Source: Lachnospiraceae bacterium (GTDB lineage Bacteria > Bacillota > Clostridia > Lachnospirales > Lachnospiraceae). Taken from it: a stretch of DNA of 64,000 bases. The stretch is taken from contig JAFYDI010000023.1 in assembly GCA_017544835.1 (NCBI GenBank), forward strand, positions 32,206-96,205, read 5' to 3'. The translations under genes and the position numbers were made by a program. The notes beneath the pieces are model-generated. The model saw only the letters and a list, made by a program, of their open reading frames with translations, was not told the DNA's origin and searched no databases. Shown here in pieces: positions 1-8,548 of this stretch; within the stretch, counting starts at the first letter, position 1; each line of letters begins with the position of its first letter.

Positions 1-192
1 AAGTCCTCGGAGCTTTTTCTTTTTCAAACCCCCTTTTATGGCGAATTAAAGATGGTAACTTAGCAAAAGAAACATTTATTCACACTCCCCAAACGGTTAC
101 CATTACAGATGAAGCGGGCTTGGTTGACATCTTTGGAATTTTTACCTACAATGCAATTTGGCTTAGAAAATATAAAGGGAGTTAGGGGACTA

Positions 193-1914
193 ATGAAAAA
201 GAAAGACAGAATCATTTGGATACTCATTTTTGCCGCGCTTTTATTAGTGGGCGCAGGACTATTGATATCCGACAGGCAGGCGTATTCAAACGCGTTTACG
301 GGTAACTTCACTAACATCAGTGATGTACTTAAAGAGAATCCTGAGGGAGATATTCCGAAGGGTTATTACAAATTGTCAGTGGATGCTTCTTTTGAATGCT
401 TTGCCACGAAGACCAGCGACGGAAACGTTACAGAAGCTTATTACGCAATATGGCTTGACGACAATTCGGTTGCGGCAATAGCCGTTGGTAAGAAGCAGCA
501 GGATGAGCTTGATAAGATAACGGATCGCACATGGGCATATATAAACGGCGAGGCCGATTCCTATACAGATACACCTTTTGAGGGTATTGTAAAGGTCGGT
601 GAATTTGAAGGCGACCTTCACATAATGTATACTCAGGACCTTGCGGATATAGGTATTACATCGGATGAATTTCTTATCAGAAATGTTTTATTTGACTATA
701 CCGAAGGCCGTACATTAAAGCATGACTTCTTCATGTTTTTAATCTTTGCTATCATCGGACTTGTGGGACTTGTGGTACTTTTAATAGGCGCCGGGAAAGA
801 AGCACAGGCAGAGAGAAACACTTTCCCTATTGAAAAGCAGGATTTAAAAGTGGTTTCCGCATCGCAGGCAACTCACAGAATTACCAATGCGGATATCAAG
901 AAGTGCTTAAGCAAGTTAAGAATGAAGGCAATATTGTGGATTGCCGGTACCGCGGCACTTATCATCATTCCCGCTTGCATGTACGCATATACCGCTTACA
1001 ACAATAAGACGGTTGAGGATAAGAAGGCCACATATAATCTGGACGAGGGCGATTATCCTGCTACGGCCAAAGAAAATGAGACCGCAACAATCACCATAGA
1101 TTCCGCCCCTTCACTTGTCTGCAGCGAGGATGGAAGTAGCTTTTATCTTATTTATTCAGACCTGGTTTACGTAGGCATACTTGATAAAGCAAGCTACGAC
1201 AAAGCGGTTAAAGATATCGCGGAGACTGGCAAGGCAACGCTTTACGGATACCTTGAGATTCCTACAGATACAGCCAAGAAGAGTATTATTAAGTATTCAG
1301 GCAGCACCGGAAGCGAAAACGATTATGACGATATGTTCGGTAAGTTCGCTCTTAATGTAGAAGCCGGTTACGCGGGAGTAGGTGTTCCGCTTGAAAAGAT
1401 TAAGACCTTCTATATTGCGGCAGGAATATTTATTATATGCGGTGTGATTTTCGGCTGGTCGGCTTACAAGAAATATCGTTACATGGTTAACGGTTTAAGA
1501 GCCTTTAGCGATTCAGAATATGCTCAGATAGAGCGCGAGATGGCTTCGTCTACCACCGTACGTTTCCCTCAGAACCTGTTTATGACGGAGAATTATCTTG
1601 TAATGCTTGATACTTTCTCAGCTTACAAAGATACTACCAACGCGGAAGATACCACGCTGATTATAAGATACAAGGACATCACCTGGATGTATCCTTCCAA
1701 TCAGACTATGTATGGCCAGACTACAAATATGGGTATAACAGTATGCGGACCCAAGTTCGGAAGAAGCGTAATCTTAGGCCAGCCCGCCAACAACAAGGGC
1801 GAGAACAATGTCGTATCGGCTTATGACTTGCTTTCCGAAAAGTGTCCGAACGCGCTCAAAGGATACACGGAAGAGAATAAGGCCAAAGCACAGCAGTTTA
1901 TTTCAAATATGTAA
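193..1914 (+). CDS. hypothetical membrane protein (several TM helices)
   Basis: Track ORF 109..1914. Internal Met at 193 (MKKKDRIIWILIFAALLLVG...) is preceded by GGGAG RBS. Hydrophobic segments at the N-terminus, around residue 200 and around residue 400. No recognisable motif. Confidence 0.55.
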   Translation: MKKKDRIIWILIFAALLLVGAGLLISDRQAYSNAFTGNFTNISDVLKENPEGDIPKGYYKLSVDASFECFATKTSDGNVTEAYYAIWLDDNSVAAIAVGKKQQDELDKITDRTWAYINGEADSYTDTPFEGIVKVGEFEGDLHIMYTQDLADIGITSDEFLIRNVLFDYTEGRTLKHDFFMFLIFAIIGLVGLVVLLIGAGKEAQAERNTFPIEKQDLKVVSASQATHRITNADIKKCLSKLRMKAILWIAGTAALIIIPACMYAYTAYNNKTVEDKKATYNLDEGDYPATAKENETATITIDSAPSLVCSEDGSSFYLIYSDLVYVGILDKASYDKAVKDIAETGKATLYGYLEIPTDTAKKSIIKYSGSTGSENDYDDMFGKFALNVEAGYAGVGVPLEKIKTFYIAAGIFIICGVIFGWSAYKKYRYMVNGLRAFSDSEYAQIEREMASSTTVRFPQNLFMTENYLVMLDTFSAYKDTTNAEDTTLIIRYKDITWMYPSNQTMYGQTTNMGITVCGPKFGRSVILGQPANNKGENNVVSAYDLLSEKCPNALKGYTEENKAKAQQFISNM

Positions 1915-1990
1915 ACACTTGGGGTCGGTGCGATGCATCGGCCCTCTTTATATGCTATAATGTATCTACTAAATATTTAAGGGGTTATTT

Positions 1991-3226
1991 ATGCGAGAAC
2001 CGTCATACATGATTGTCATACCGGAGAAGCAGGACGATATTCACGATCCGGGGGTATTTCTTAGTAATCTTGAGAAATCTGACTTTATCACACTTACCGA
2101 TACCAATATGGACGAGGGACGCGGCCTTATTATCGACTTAAGTGTCGAGGACCGCACTTATAAGTTATGCGTTTATCCTACCATGGTGCAGATTCCTAAC
2201 TATGTACGCTCAATTCATTCTTTTTCGAGGAAAGAGTCGGAGAAGCTTGATGCGGCGGAATCGGGCCTTGCGGTGACTATGGACTTTTCTGGTGATACCG
2301 CCAGATGTTTCCATGACCAGTTAAGAATCATCGATGCCATGTTTCCCGAAATTCTCGCGGTGCTTGACTGCCCTTCGGAGAAGATTTTATCAGGCAAATG
2401 GGTAGCGCTTGCGGCAGGTTCCAAGACGCTTCCTTCGCCGAGATATCTATTTACCGTGCAGGCAGTTTCGGACGAATCGGGAGAGGTATGGCTTCATTCC
2501 CACGGACTTAAGCGTGCGGGGATGTATGAGCTTGAAATCCTCGGTTCCGATGAAGACAATTACAATACACACTATCAGATTATAGAGACCTTTGCGTATC
2601 GAATGTTAGAAAGCGGCGGCAGCATATTCCCGGGCGACCCTGTGTATCTTGGGCAGGCTGCGGGACATTACCTTGTTGGTACGGCTGTTGACTGGAAGGA
2701 AGCGCTTCAGTACTACCCGAATATTAAAGTCGGTACCGAGGAAGACAGAGAAGACGGCGTCCACGATGATGACACCTGTGTAATCATGATGTATCGTAAC
2801 ACTGATGATGCCGAGAAGCGTAATTACACGCAGGTTCAGGCATTTAATCCGCTTCTTAAGCAAAATCCCGTATTCTTACTTTCCAATCAGGAGACGGAGA
2901 GGATGAAGAGCCTTGCCATAGAGAGATTTTCTTTTGCCGAGAAAGGCTTTAAGAACAAGGACAATGTAGTAATCGTCAAGATTGGTATTATTACCGACAA
3001 GGAACATTGGGACGGTGATACTCCGCAGAGAGAGCATTTATGGTTCGACCTTAAAGAGGTAAGAGAGGACGGAATAGTAGCCGAGCTTACCAACGAGCCT
3101 TACTACATTTCGGGGCTTAAGAAAGGTGATACCGCTTTGTACCCTTACGAAGACATAACAGACTGGATTATATACACTCCCGAGGGACGTATTACTCCCG
3201 ACGACGTATATTTATATCATGAATAA
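1991..3226 (+). CDS. hypothetical cytoplasmic protein (C-terminal region resembles YegJ/DUF2314-type domain)
   Basis: 411-aa ORF with AGGGG RBS-like sequence upstream. C-terminal 'WFDLKEV...AELTNEPYYISGLKKGD...EDITDWIIY' resembles the DUF2314 family from memory. No catalytic motif identified. Confidence 0.45.
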   Translation: MREPSYMIVIPEKQDDIHDPGVFLSNLEKSDFITLTDTNMDEGRGLIIDLSVEDRTYKLCVYPTMVQIPNYVRSIHSFSRKESEKLDAAESGLAVTMDFSGDTARCFHDQLRIIDAMFPEILAVLDCPSEKILSGKWVALAAGSKTLPSPRYLFTVQAVSDESGEVWLHSHGLKRAGMYELEILGSDEDNYNTHYQIIETFAYRMLESGGSIFPGDPVYLGQAAGHYLVGTAVDWKEALQYYPNIKVGTEEDREDGVHDDDTCVIMMYRNTDDAEKRNYTQVQAFNPLLKQNPVFLLSNQETERMKSLAIERFSFAEKGFKNKDNVVIVKIGIITDKEHWDGDTPQREHLWFDLKEVREDGIVAELTNEPYYISGLKKGDTALYPYEDITDWIIYTPEGRITPDDVYLYHE

Positions 3227-3272
3227 GACTGAAATTTAGCGCACCCCGGCAACTGCGGAGTGCGCTTTATCT

Positions 3273-4001
3273 TTATAATTCGTATTTCGATTTCTTTTTA
3301 TTGATTTCGTTCATGTACGCGGCAGTTATCATACCGGAAGGAAGCGCGATTACCGCTACGCCTACAAGAGCGGATACCATGGTGATTAAGCGGCCCAAAT
3401 CGGTCTTTGGATATATGTCGCCGTAACCAATGGTGGTGATGGAAATCGTAGCCCAGTACAGTGCATCGAAGAAGGTTTCAAACAGCGTGGGCTCAAGCTG
3501 GAAGATTAACATCGCCGACACGAATATATATATAGTGATGAGTACCAGTACCGCCAGAAGCTGCTTCTTAACTTTTCTGAGCACATTGGCGATTATAACA
3601 GTGGTCTTAGAGTAGCGTACAAGTTTCGCTATTCGGAATACCCTGAAAAGTTTAAGGAGCTTAATAAGCGACGAAACCGGTAAGAACAGCGACACAATCG
3701 GGACTATCGACAGAAGATCGAGTATCGCAAGAGGGGTAAAAATATAAGCGATATAAGCTTTTATGCTCTTATAGCCCATCTTATAGTCTGCGGTATATAC
3801 TCGGGCGCAATAGTCTATTACGAATATTATAACCGTAAGTATCTCAATGAGCGTTGTATATGTATTTTCGCTTTTAAGCATCAGAGGAACCATTCCGACG
3901 AGTACGGCGGTACCCATAAGCACGTCGTAGGCTTTACTGGAGGCGTCTCCGGTACTTGAAGCTTCTATTACTTCGTAGATTCTTCTTTTGAAATCATACA
4001 T
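3273..4001 (-). CDS. voltage-gated K+ channel-family ion transport protein
   Basis: Selectivity-filter signature TTIGYGD. S4-like helix with basic residue every third position (FRVFRIAKLVRYSK). Six hydrophobic helices. RBS AAAGGA upstream. Confidence 0.8.
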   Translation of the reverse strand: MYDFKRRIYEVIEASSTGDASSKAYDVLMGTAVLVGMVPLMLKSENTYTTLIEILTVIIFVIDYCARVYTADYKMGYKSIKAYIAYIFTPLAILDLLSIVPIVSLFLPVSSLIKLLKLFRVFRIAKLVRYSKTTVIIANVLRKVKKQLLAVLVLITIYIFVSAMLIFQLEPTLFETFFDALYWATISITTIGYGDIYPKTDLGRLITMVSALVGVAVIALPSGMITAAYMNEINKKKSKYEL

Positions 4002-4031
4002 AAGGTCTTATCCTTTCCATAATCCGCAAGC

Positions 4032-4193
4032 TTATCTTGCCATTCCCGTGACAAAAGCAACCACTCCCACAATAATCAGGGCAATTGTGTAAATTCTGCA
4101 TAACGCAACAAAAATTCGAGAGTGAATCTCCTTTTTGTTAATATATGTGCCATCGTCTGTAATCAGCATATTTTTTTTCTTTTTTTCAGTCAT
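4032..4193 (-). CDS. small (53 aa) single-pass membrane protein, unannotated sORF upstream of K+ channel gene
   Basis: Own reverse-complement translation: MTEKKKKNMLITDDGTYINKKEIHSRIFVALCRIYTIALIIVGVVAFVTGMAR*. ATAGGAGAG RBS 6 nt upstream. Stop lies about 30 nt before the channel-gene start. Below the 60-aa cutoff of the ORF track. Confidence 0.35.
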   Translation of the reverse strand: MTEKKKKNMLITDDGTYINKKEIHSRIFVALCRIYTIALIIVGVVAFVTGMAR

Positions 4194-4291
4194 GATAAAC
4201 TCTCCTATAACCCTATTATAGTGGGAATCCGTTTAGGATAATTAAAATGTGTAAGATGTAAGTTTTTGCTAAATTATTTGTTATCAGTCTT

Positions 4292-5911
4292 TTGCTATAC
4301 TTTACATTGAACAGATGTGCACAATTGCGAGGCAGCATGGCAGACAGAAAATCGATTTTGCTATCGGAAGAACAATTAAACTTTATAAAAAGAGCGTCCG
4401 CCGGCAAGAATATGCTGGTTGATGCCCCCGAGGGCTATGGTAAGACAACTGCGCTTATCGAGCTTTGCGAAAGGCTTCCGAACAGAAAAAGAATCCTTTT
4501 CTTTGCCTCGGACCGAGTCGCCAAGAACGATGTGGAAGAAGTGCTTAAAAAGCGCAACGTCACTGTAGCGTATTTCCATGGGTTCGCTTTCAAGGAACTT
4601 AGGAAAATCGGTGTCTACGGTGAGCCGGAAGAACTTATAAATCTTTTTAATAAGGTTAATCCGGACGTTTCGGAATATGATCTTTTAATCGCGGATGAAT
4701 TTCAGTTTATAGATGCCGGGAGTTCGCAGATGCTTAAGAATATTAAGTATCACTGCGACAATCTGCAGATAATTCTCGCAGGCAATACCGCGAACAGATT
4801 CTATGACAAAAAGCAGTTTGACGCCAAAATCTTTGCTGACGAGCTTTTGGGTGAGCATGAAGAAATGCGTTTTGCCAACTGCTATGAAGTGTCTGAGTAT
4901 TCGTCGGATGGTGGCGACAGATTGAGTGAAGCGGGAGCAGACGGAGAGGATTATGCTTCTTCGGAAGATCTTGCTGAAACCGTACCCGCTTCGGTTAAGA
5001 AAGAACCGGTGAAACGTTTAGGCGACGGCATCAAAATAGCGGTAGTCGATGCGGAACTTAACAAGAACAATGAGGTTATGTCCGTAGGCGCGGTGGTTGC
5101 CGATTCAGAAACTTTTGAAATAAGCGACGAGCGATACTTTATCATAACTCCCGAGAATTTAGAGGGAGGAATGTTTTTAAAAGAACTAAGAACAGGGGAC
5201 TGCATAAATGCGCCGGCTGTTTCAAGAGAGGAAGCGCTTCAGAGGATAGCTTTCTTTTTACGGGACAATAATGTTAAGGCGATTTATGCCTATAATGCGG
5301 CGTTTGACAGGGGAATGCTTCCGGAACTGGCGGAATTTACCTGGTACGATATTATGAAGCTTGCCGCATACAAAAAGTACAATCCGGCAATCGGTCAGGC
5401 AGAGGCCTGTGACAAGAACGGAAGACTTAAGAAGGATTTCGGCGTCGGATCCATGATAAGGCGCATGACGGGCGATGTAAGCTTCACGGAGACCCACAAT
5501 GCACTGTATGACGCAAGAGATGAGCTCAAGGTCATGGAGCTTCTTGACAGACCCGTATCCGACTATGAATTTGCACGGGTAGAGGGTGACTTATCAAGCC
5601 GAGACGATTTTTTGTTCCAAATCGAAGGGACCAACGATGTGGTGCTTGAAGATGACGCTATTTCTGCCACGGATGCGGAGATAATCTTAGGAATCAACAA
5701 GAATAACATATATAAGCTTGTAAGAAAGGGCTTAATATTCGGATATAAAAGGGATAACCGATACGTCTTAAGCAAGCGTTCGGTGGAAGAATACCTTGAA
5801 AAACTCGAAGCGGCGGAAGCCAAGAAGTACAAGAAAGCCCTTCTTGGCATTCTTACAACGCTTTTGGGGTTCTTAATATATCTGTGGCACCTTGCGGCCA
5901 ATTTTTATTAA
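4292..5911 (+). CDS. fusion protein: UvrD-like SF1 ATPase N-terminal (1A) domain + DnaQ-like DEDDh 3'-5' exonuclease + excisionase-family HTH + C-terminal hydrophobic helix
   Basis: SF1 motif I (LSEEQLNFIKRASAGKNMLVDAPEGYGKTTALIE), motif Ia region, motif II DEFQ (LLIADEFQFID) and a degenerate motif III. Exo I (IAVVDAELN), Exo II (YAYNAAFDRGML) and Exo III (HNALYDARDEL). Excisionase-type HTH (ILGINKNNIYKLVRKGLIFGYKRDNRYVLSKRSVEEYL). Terminal ALLGILTTLLGFLIYLW helix. Probable true start is the internal ATG at about 4337 (MADRKS) with a GAGG RBS. Confidence 0.7.
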   Translation: MLYFTLNRCAQLRGSMADRKSILLSEEQLNFIKRASAGKNMLVDAPEGYGKTTALIELCERLPNRKRILFFASDRVAKNDVEEVLKKRNVTVAYFHGFAFKELRKIGVYGEPEELINLFNKVNPDVSEYDLLIADEFQFIDAGSSQMLKNIKYHCDNLQIILAGNTANRFYDKKQFDAKIFADELLGEHEEMRFANCYEVSEYSSDGGDRLSEAGADGEDYASSEDLAETVPASVKKEPVKRLGDGIKIAVVDAELNKNNEVMSVGAVVADSETFEISDERYFIITPENLEGGMFLKELRTGDCINAPAVSREEALQRIAFFLRDNNVKAIYAYNAAFDRGMLPELAEFTWYDIMKLAAYKKYNPAIGQAEACDKNGRLKKDFGVGSMIRRMTGDVSFTETHNALYDARDELKVMELLDRPVSDYEFARVEGDLSSRDDFLFQIEGTNDVVLEDDAISATDAEIILGINKNNIYKLVRKGLIFGYKRDNRYVLSKRSVEEYLEKLEAAEAKKYKKALLGILTTLLGFLIYLWHLAANFY

Positions 5912-6088
5912 AAGGAGATACGTTCTCACATAGCGGCAACTCCTTATCACGAGGAAAAGCGTCTTACGGTTTCCATGGGTGTCACGGTTATAGGGAACAA
6001 AGAAGAATTTGCCGCAGCAATGAAGCGAACGGACGAGAACCTGTATTATGCCAAGACCACCGGCAAGAACAAAGTAGTGGCCAAGTAA
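5912..6088 (+). pseudogene. 3' remnant of a diguanylate cyclase (GGDEF) gene, C-terminal ~55 codons only
   Basis: In the same frame, immediately after the TAA of the preceding CDS: KEIRSHIAATPYHEEKRLTVSMGVTVIGNKEEFAAAMKRTDENLYYAKTTGKNKVVAK*. Canonical GGDEF-domain C-terminus pattern (SxGV...ADxxLYxAKxxGKNxV). No start codon and no GGDEF motif. Confidence 0.6.
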
Positions 6089-6124
6089 GTGTTAGAAAAA
6101 ATAATAGCAAGCAAAGGAAACTAT

Positions 6125-6153
6125 TTGACAAAAATCCGTTTCTTTTGTACAAT
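6125..6153 (+). promoter_or_regulatory. consensus sigma-A promoter (TTGACA-17-TACAAT) driving a ~150-nt leader and two small membrane protein genes
   Basis: TTGACAaaaatccgtttcttttgTACAAT. Downstream leader carries an imperfect CACTGC/GCAGTG hairpin followed by a T-run before RBS AGGAGG. Confidence 0.6.
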
Positions 6154-6306
6154 TTTTATTGTAAAGACTTGGCACGAAGCCGAGCGTAAGCACCGAAGTG
6201 CAGGTTTTATTTTTCGAGGAATGTGTACTTGGAGGCACACTGCTTTTTCAAGAAAAGCGCAGTGCGTCTTTTATTATGCAAATTTAAGCCTTAGGAGGAA
6301 GAAATT

Positions 6307-6717
6307 ATGGCATGTTTTTTGGTATCCGCAGCAGAAGCTGTAGTCACCACAGTTGTGACACACGTAGTTGAGAAGAAGGAAAAGGCTGAGGTAGCTAAGG
6401 TTTCCGTAGATCACAAGGAAGTACCCACCGAGGTTAAGGTTCCTTTTTCAAGAAAGTTAAAATGGCTTAACAATATGTTATGGGGAGGTTCCGCACTTCT
6501 TGCATTTGAGCATGTATGGCACGGCGAAGTGGTTCCGTGGTTCCCTTTCCTTACAGCGGCAGGTAATCCCGAGGATGCTGCAGAGATGCTTCATGAGATG
6601 TCAACTGTAGGCGTATCCATGGCTGTTCTTGTAACACTTGTATGGACAGGTATGCTTGTAGTTTCATCGGTTATTGAGAAGCGCGCTGCTAAGCTTCCCG
6701 AAACAGAGAATGCATAA
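6307..6717 (+). CDS. small membrane protein, paralog A
   Basis: 136 aa with RBS AGGAGGAAG. Shares a W-G-[GA]-S-x-L-x(2,3)-F-[EI] core with the next ORF (LWGGSALLAFEHV versus YWGASLMWFIDAIFEY). Function unknown. Confidence 0.55.
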   Translation: MACFLVSAAEAVVTTVVTHVVEKKEKAEVAKVSVDHKEVPTEVKVPFSRKLKWLNNMLWGGSALLAFEHVWHGEVVPWFPFLTAAGNPEDAAEMLHEMSTVGVSMAVLVTLVWTGMLVVSSVIEKRAAKLPETENA

Positions 6718-6731
6718 GGGGGAACATAAAC

Positions 6732-7046
6732 ATGACATTGCTTACAACGGTTTTCGCAGCTATTATCGTTACAATTATCTGGTATAAGAGCCCTAACAGA
6801 AGCGAAATGAAGCTTGGTACTTTAAGCCTTATGTACTGGGGTGCATCACTTATGTGGTTCATCGATGCTATCTTTGAGTACGCTGAGCTTAAAGAAGAAT
6901 ACTTCACACCCGCACCCGCTGATATGCTCAACGACTTTTTCTTAGGTCTTTCCGTTGTGGCACTCGGCCTTATCATCTGGCTTGTAATCGTGCTTATCAA
7001 AGACCCCAAGGGTGTTCTTAAGACAGCACTTGTTAAGAGAAACTAG
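6732..7046 (+). CDS. small membrane protein, paralog B
   Basis: 104 aa with RBS GGGGGAAC and two or three TM helices. Paralogous to the preceding ORF. Confidence 0.55.
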   Translation: MTLLTTVFAAIIVTIIWYKSPNRSEMKLGTLSLMYWGASLMWFIDAIFEYAELKEEYFTPAPADMLNDFFLGLSVVALGLIIWLVIVLIKDPKGVLKTALVKRN

Positions 7047-7090
7047 ATAAAAATTATGAGCGGTTCTGCTTACAGGGCAGGGCCGCTTTC

Positions 7091-7849
7091 TTGCTTATGG
7101 AGAATACAATGGACAAAGCATCTGTTGAAAGTCAGCTTGGCACAGCGGCGCTTAATGTTACGGATACGGAAGAAATAATGAAGCTTCGTGACCGGTGCGA
7201 CTTAAAGAGCCGCACCGAACTTGCGAATGCTTTATTTGCACAGTTTAGATACAAGGAAGCTGCGGATATTTTAAGCGAAGCAGCAAGTGTTGGTGAAGTC
7301 GATAAGGATTTGTACCTTAAAATCGGCGGAGCATACCTTACCGCAAGAGAATTCGATAAGTCTATGGAGGCACATAAGAAGTACCTTGAGCTTGGCGGCT
7401 CTGTGAAGACTGCGGCTTACCCCATGGGTATCTGGTATTTCATGAACAAAGAATATGAGACGGCTGCAGATTCTTTTGCAAAATGTGTTCCCTGCGACGA
7501 CGAAATGATGATTTGTGTGGTATACTGGCACTGTCTTTCAATGTTAAGAGCAGGCGGAGAGCTTGAATTTCTTAAGTATTACCGGCCGGATATGGAAGTG
7601 GGACATCATACCGCTTACAGACTGGTGGTAAGAGTGCTTGCAGGCGAGATTACGCAGGATGCCGCCACGGAGGAACTCAAGGCCGAGAAAGATGTGTTAA
7701 ACTACTGTATAGCGGGCTACGGCTTATATTGCATTAAGAAAGCCGAGGGTGAGCCTGTGGAGGAACTGCTTGACAGCATCCTTGACAAAAAAGATTTGTG
7801 GCCATGCATAGCATACCTTACGGCATGGAACGACAGGAATGGGTTATGA
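7091..7849 (+). CDS. hypothetical cytoplasmic protein (helical/TPR-like)
   Basis: 252-aa ORF with no diagnostic motif. Its stop overlaps the start of the GNAT gene. Confidence 0.45.
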   Translation: MLMENTMDKASVESQLGTAALNVTDTEEIMKLRDRCDLKSRTELANALFAQFRYKEAADILSEAASVGEVDKDLYLKIGGAYLTAREFDKSMEAHKKYLELGGSVKTAAYPMGIWYFMNKEYETAADSFAKCVPCDDEMMICVVYWHCLSMLRAGGELEFLKYYRPDMEVGHHTAYRLVVRVLAGEITQDAATEELKAEKDVLNYCIAGYGLYCIKKAEGEPVEELLDSILDKKDLWPCIAYLTAWNDRNGL

Positions 7850-8328
7850 GAATAATTGAACTTGCGAAAGATTCGGACAAGGCAGAAATTCTTGCGCTTT
7901 ACAAGATTCAACTGGGGCGCGAATACTGTCCTTGGAACGAATATTATCCGGGAGAAGAGGAAATAGACTACGATTTGTCACGTGACGCACTTTTGGTAAT
8001 GCGAGAGGACGATAAGATTATCGCTGCGATATCCCTTGACAAGGACGAGGCGGTTGAAGCACTTCCCTACTGGACAGAGGCGCTTAGACCCGGTGGAGAG
8101 TTATCAAGACTTGCGGTGCTCCCCGAATACCAGAACCAAGGGATTGCCAGGGAAATGCTTAATGCAGGGATGGAGCTTCTGCGCTCAAGAGGATTTAAAA
8201 GCGTACACTTTCTGGTGAACAGACTTAATGTCAAAGCTCTTAAGAGTTATGACAAATTAAACTTTAATACAGTCGGCGAATGCGAGATTTTCAATCAACC
8301 AATGTTTGCCTATGAGAAACCGCTTTAA
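7846..8328 (+). CDS. GNAT family N-acetyltransferase
   Basis: Motif A LSRLAVLPEYQNQGIAREML. ATGA overlap with the upstream stop. Track ORF 7798..8328, internal start at 7846. Confidence 0.8.
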   Translation: MRIIELAKDSDKAEILALYKIQLGREYCPWNEYYPGEEEIDYDLSRDALLVMREDDKIIAAISLDKDEAVEALPYWTEALRPGGELSRLAVLPEYQNQGIAREMLNAGMELLRSRGFKSVHFLVNRLNVKALKSYDKLNFNTVGECEIFNQPMFAYEKPL

Positions 8329-8343
8329 AAGGCGGTTTTTTTA
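8318..8343 (+). terminator. intrinsic terminator after GNAT gene
   Basis: AACCGC-tttaaaag-GCGGTT stem followed by T7 run. Confidence 0.6.
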
Positions 8344-8548
8344 ATGGGTAAATAATGAGAATATACTATGTTCTTAAGAATATTGCGAGGGCAGATCTTT
8401 TACAATATCTTTCGGGCGTATTTGAAAAATTAGGCAAATAAGCAGGTTTCTTTTGCTACTATCCGTTAATTGACAGCCGCTAATATGATATTTGGAAACA
8501 AGTACTCATATGACGGCTGTTTTCATATGAACGAATACAGAGGTTGCG

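Noticed and set aside
60-621. Minus-strand ORFs 60..317 and 376..621
   Set aside because: Embedded antisense to the 193..1914 membrane-protein gene. No RBS. Composition typical of antisense frames.
6154-6306. Possible c-di-GMP (GEMM) or other riboswitch in the leader of the small membrane protein pair, tempting because three c-di-GMP genes lie nearby
   Set aside because: None of the conserved GEMM-I/II or ydaO elements could be recognised by eye. Only a generic hairpin plus U-run is present. Kept as a structured leader of unknown class.
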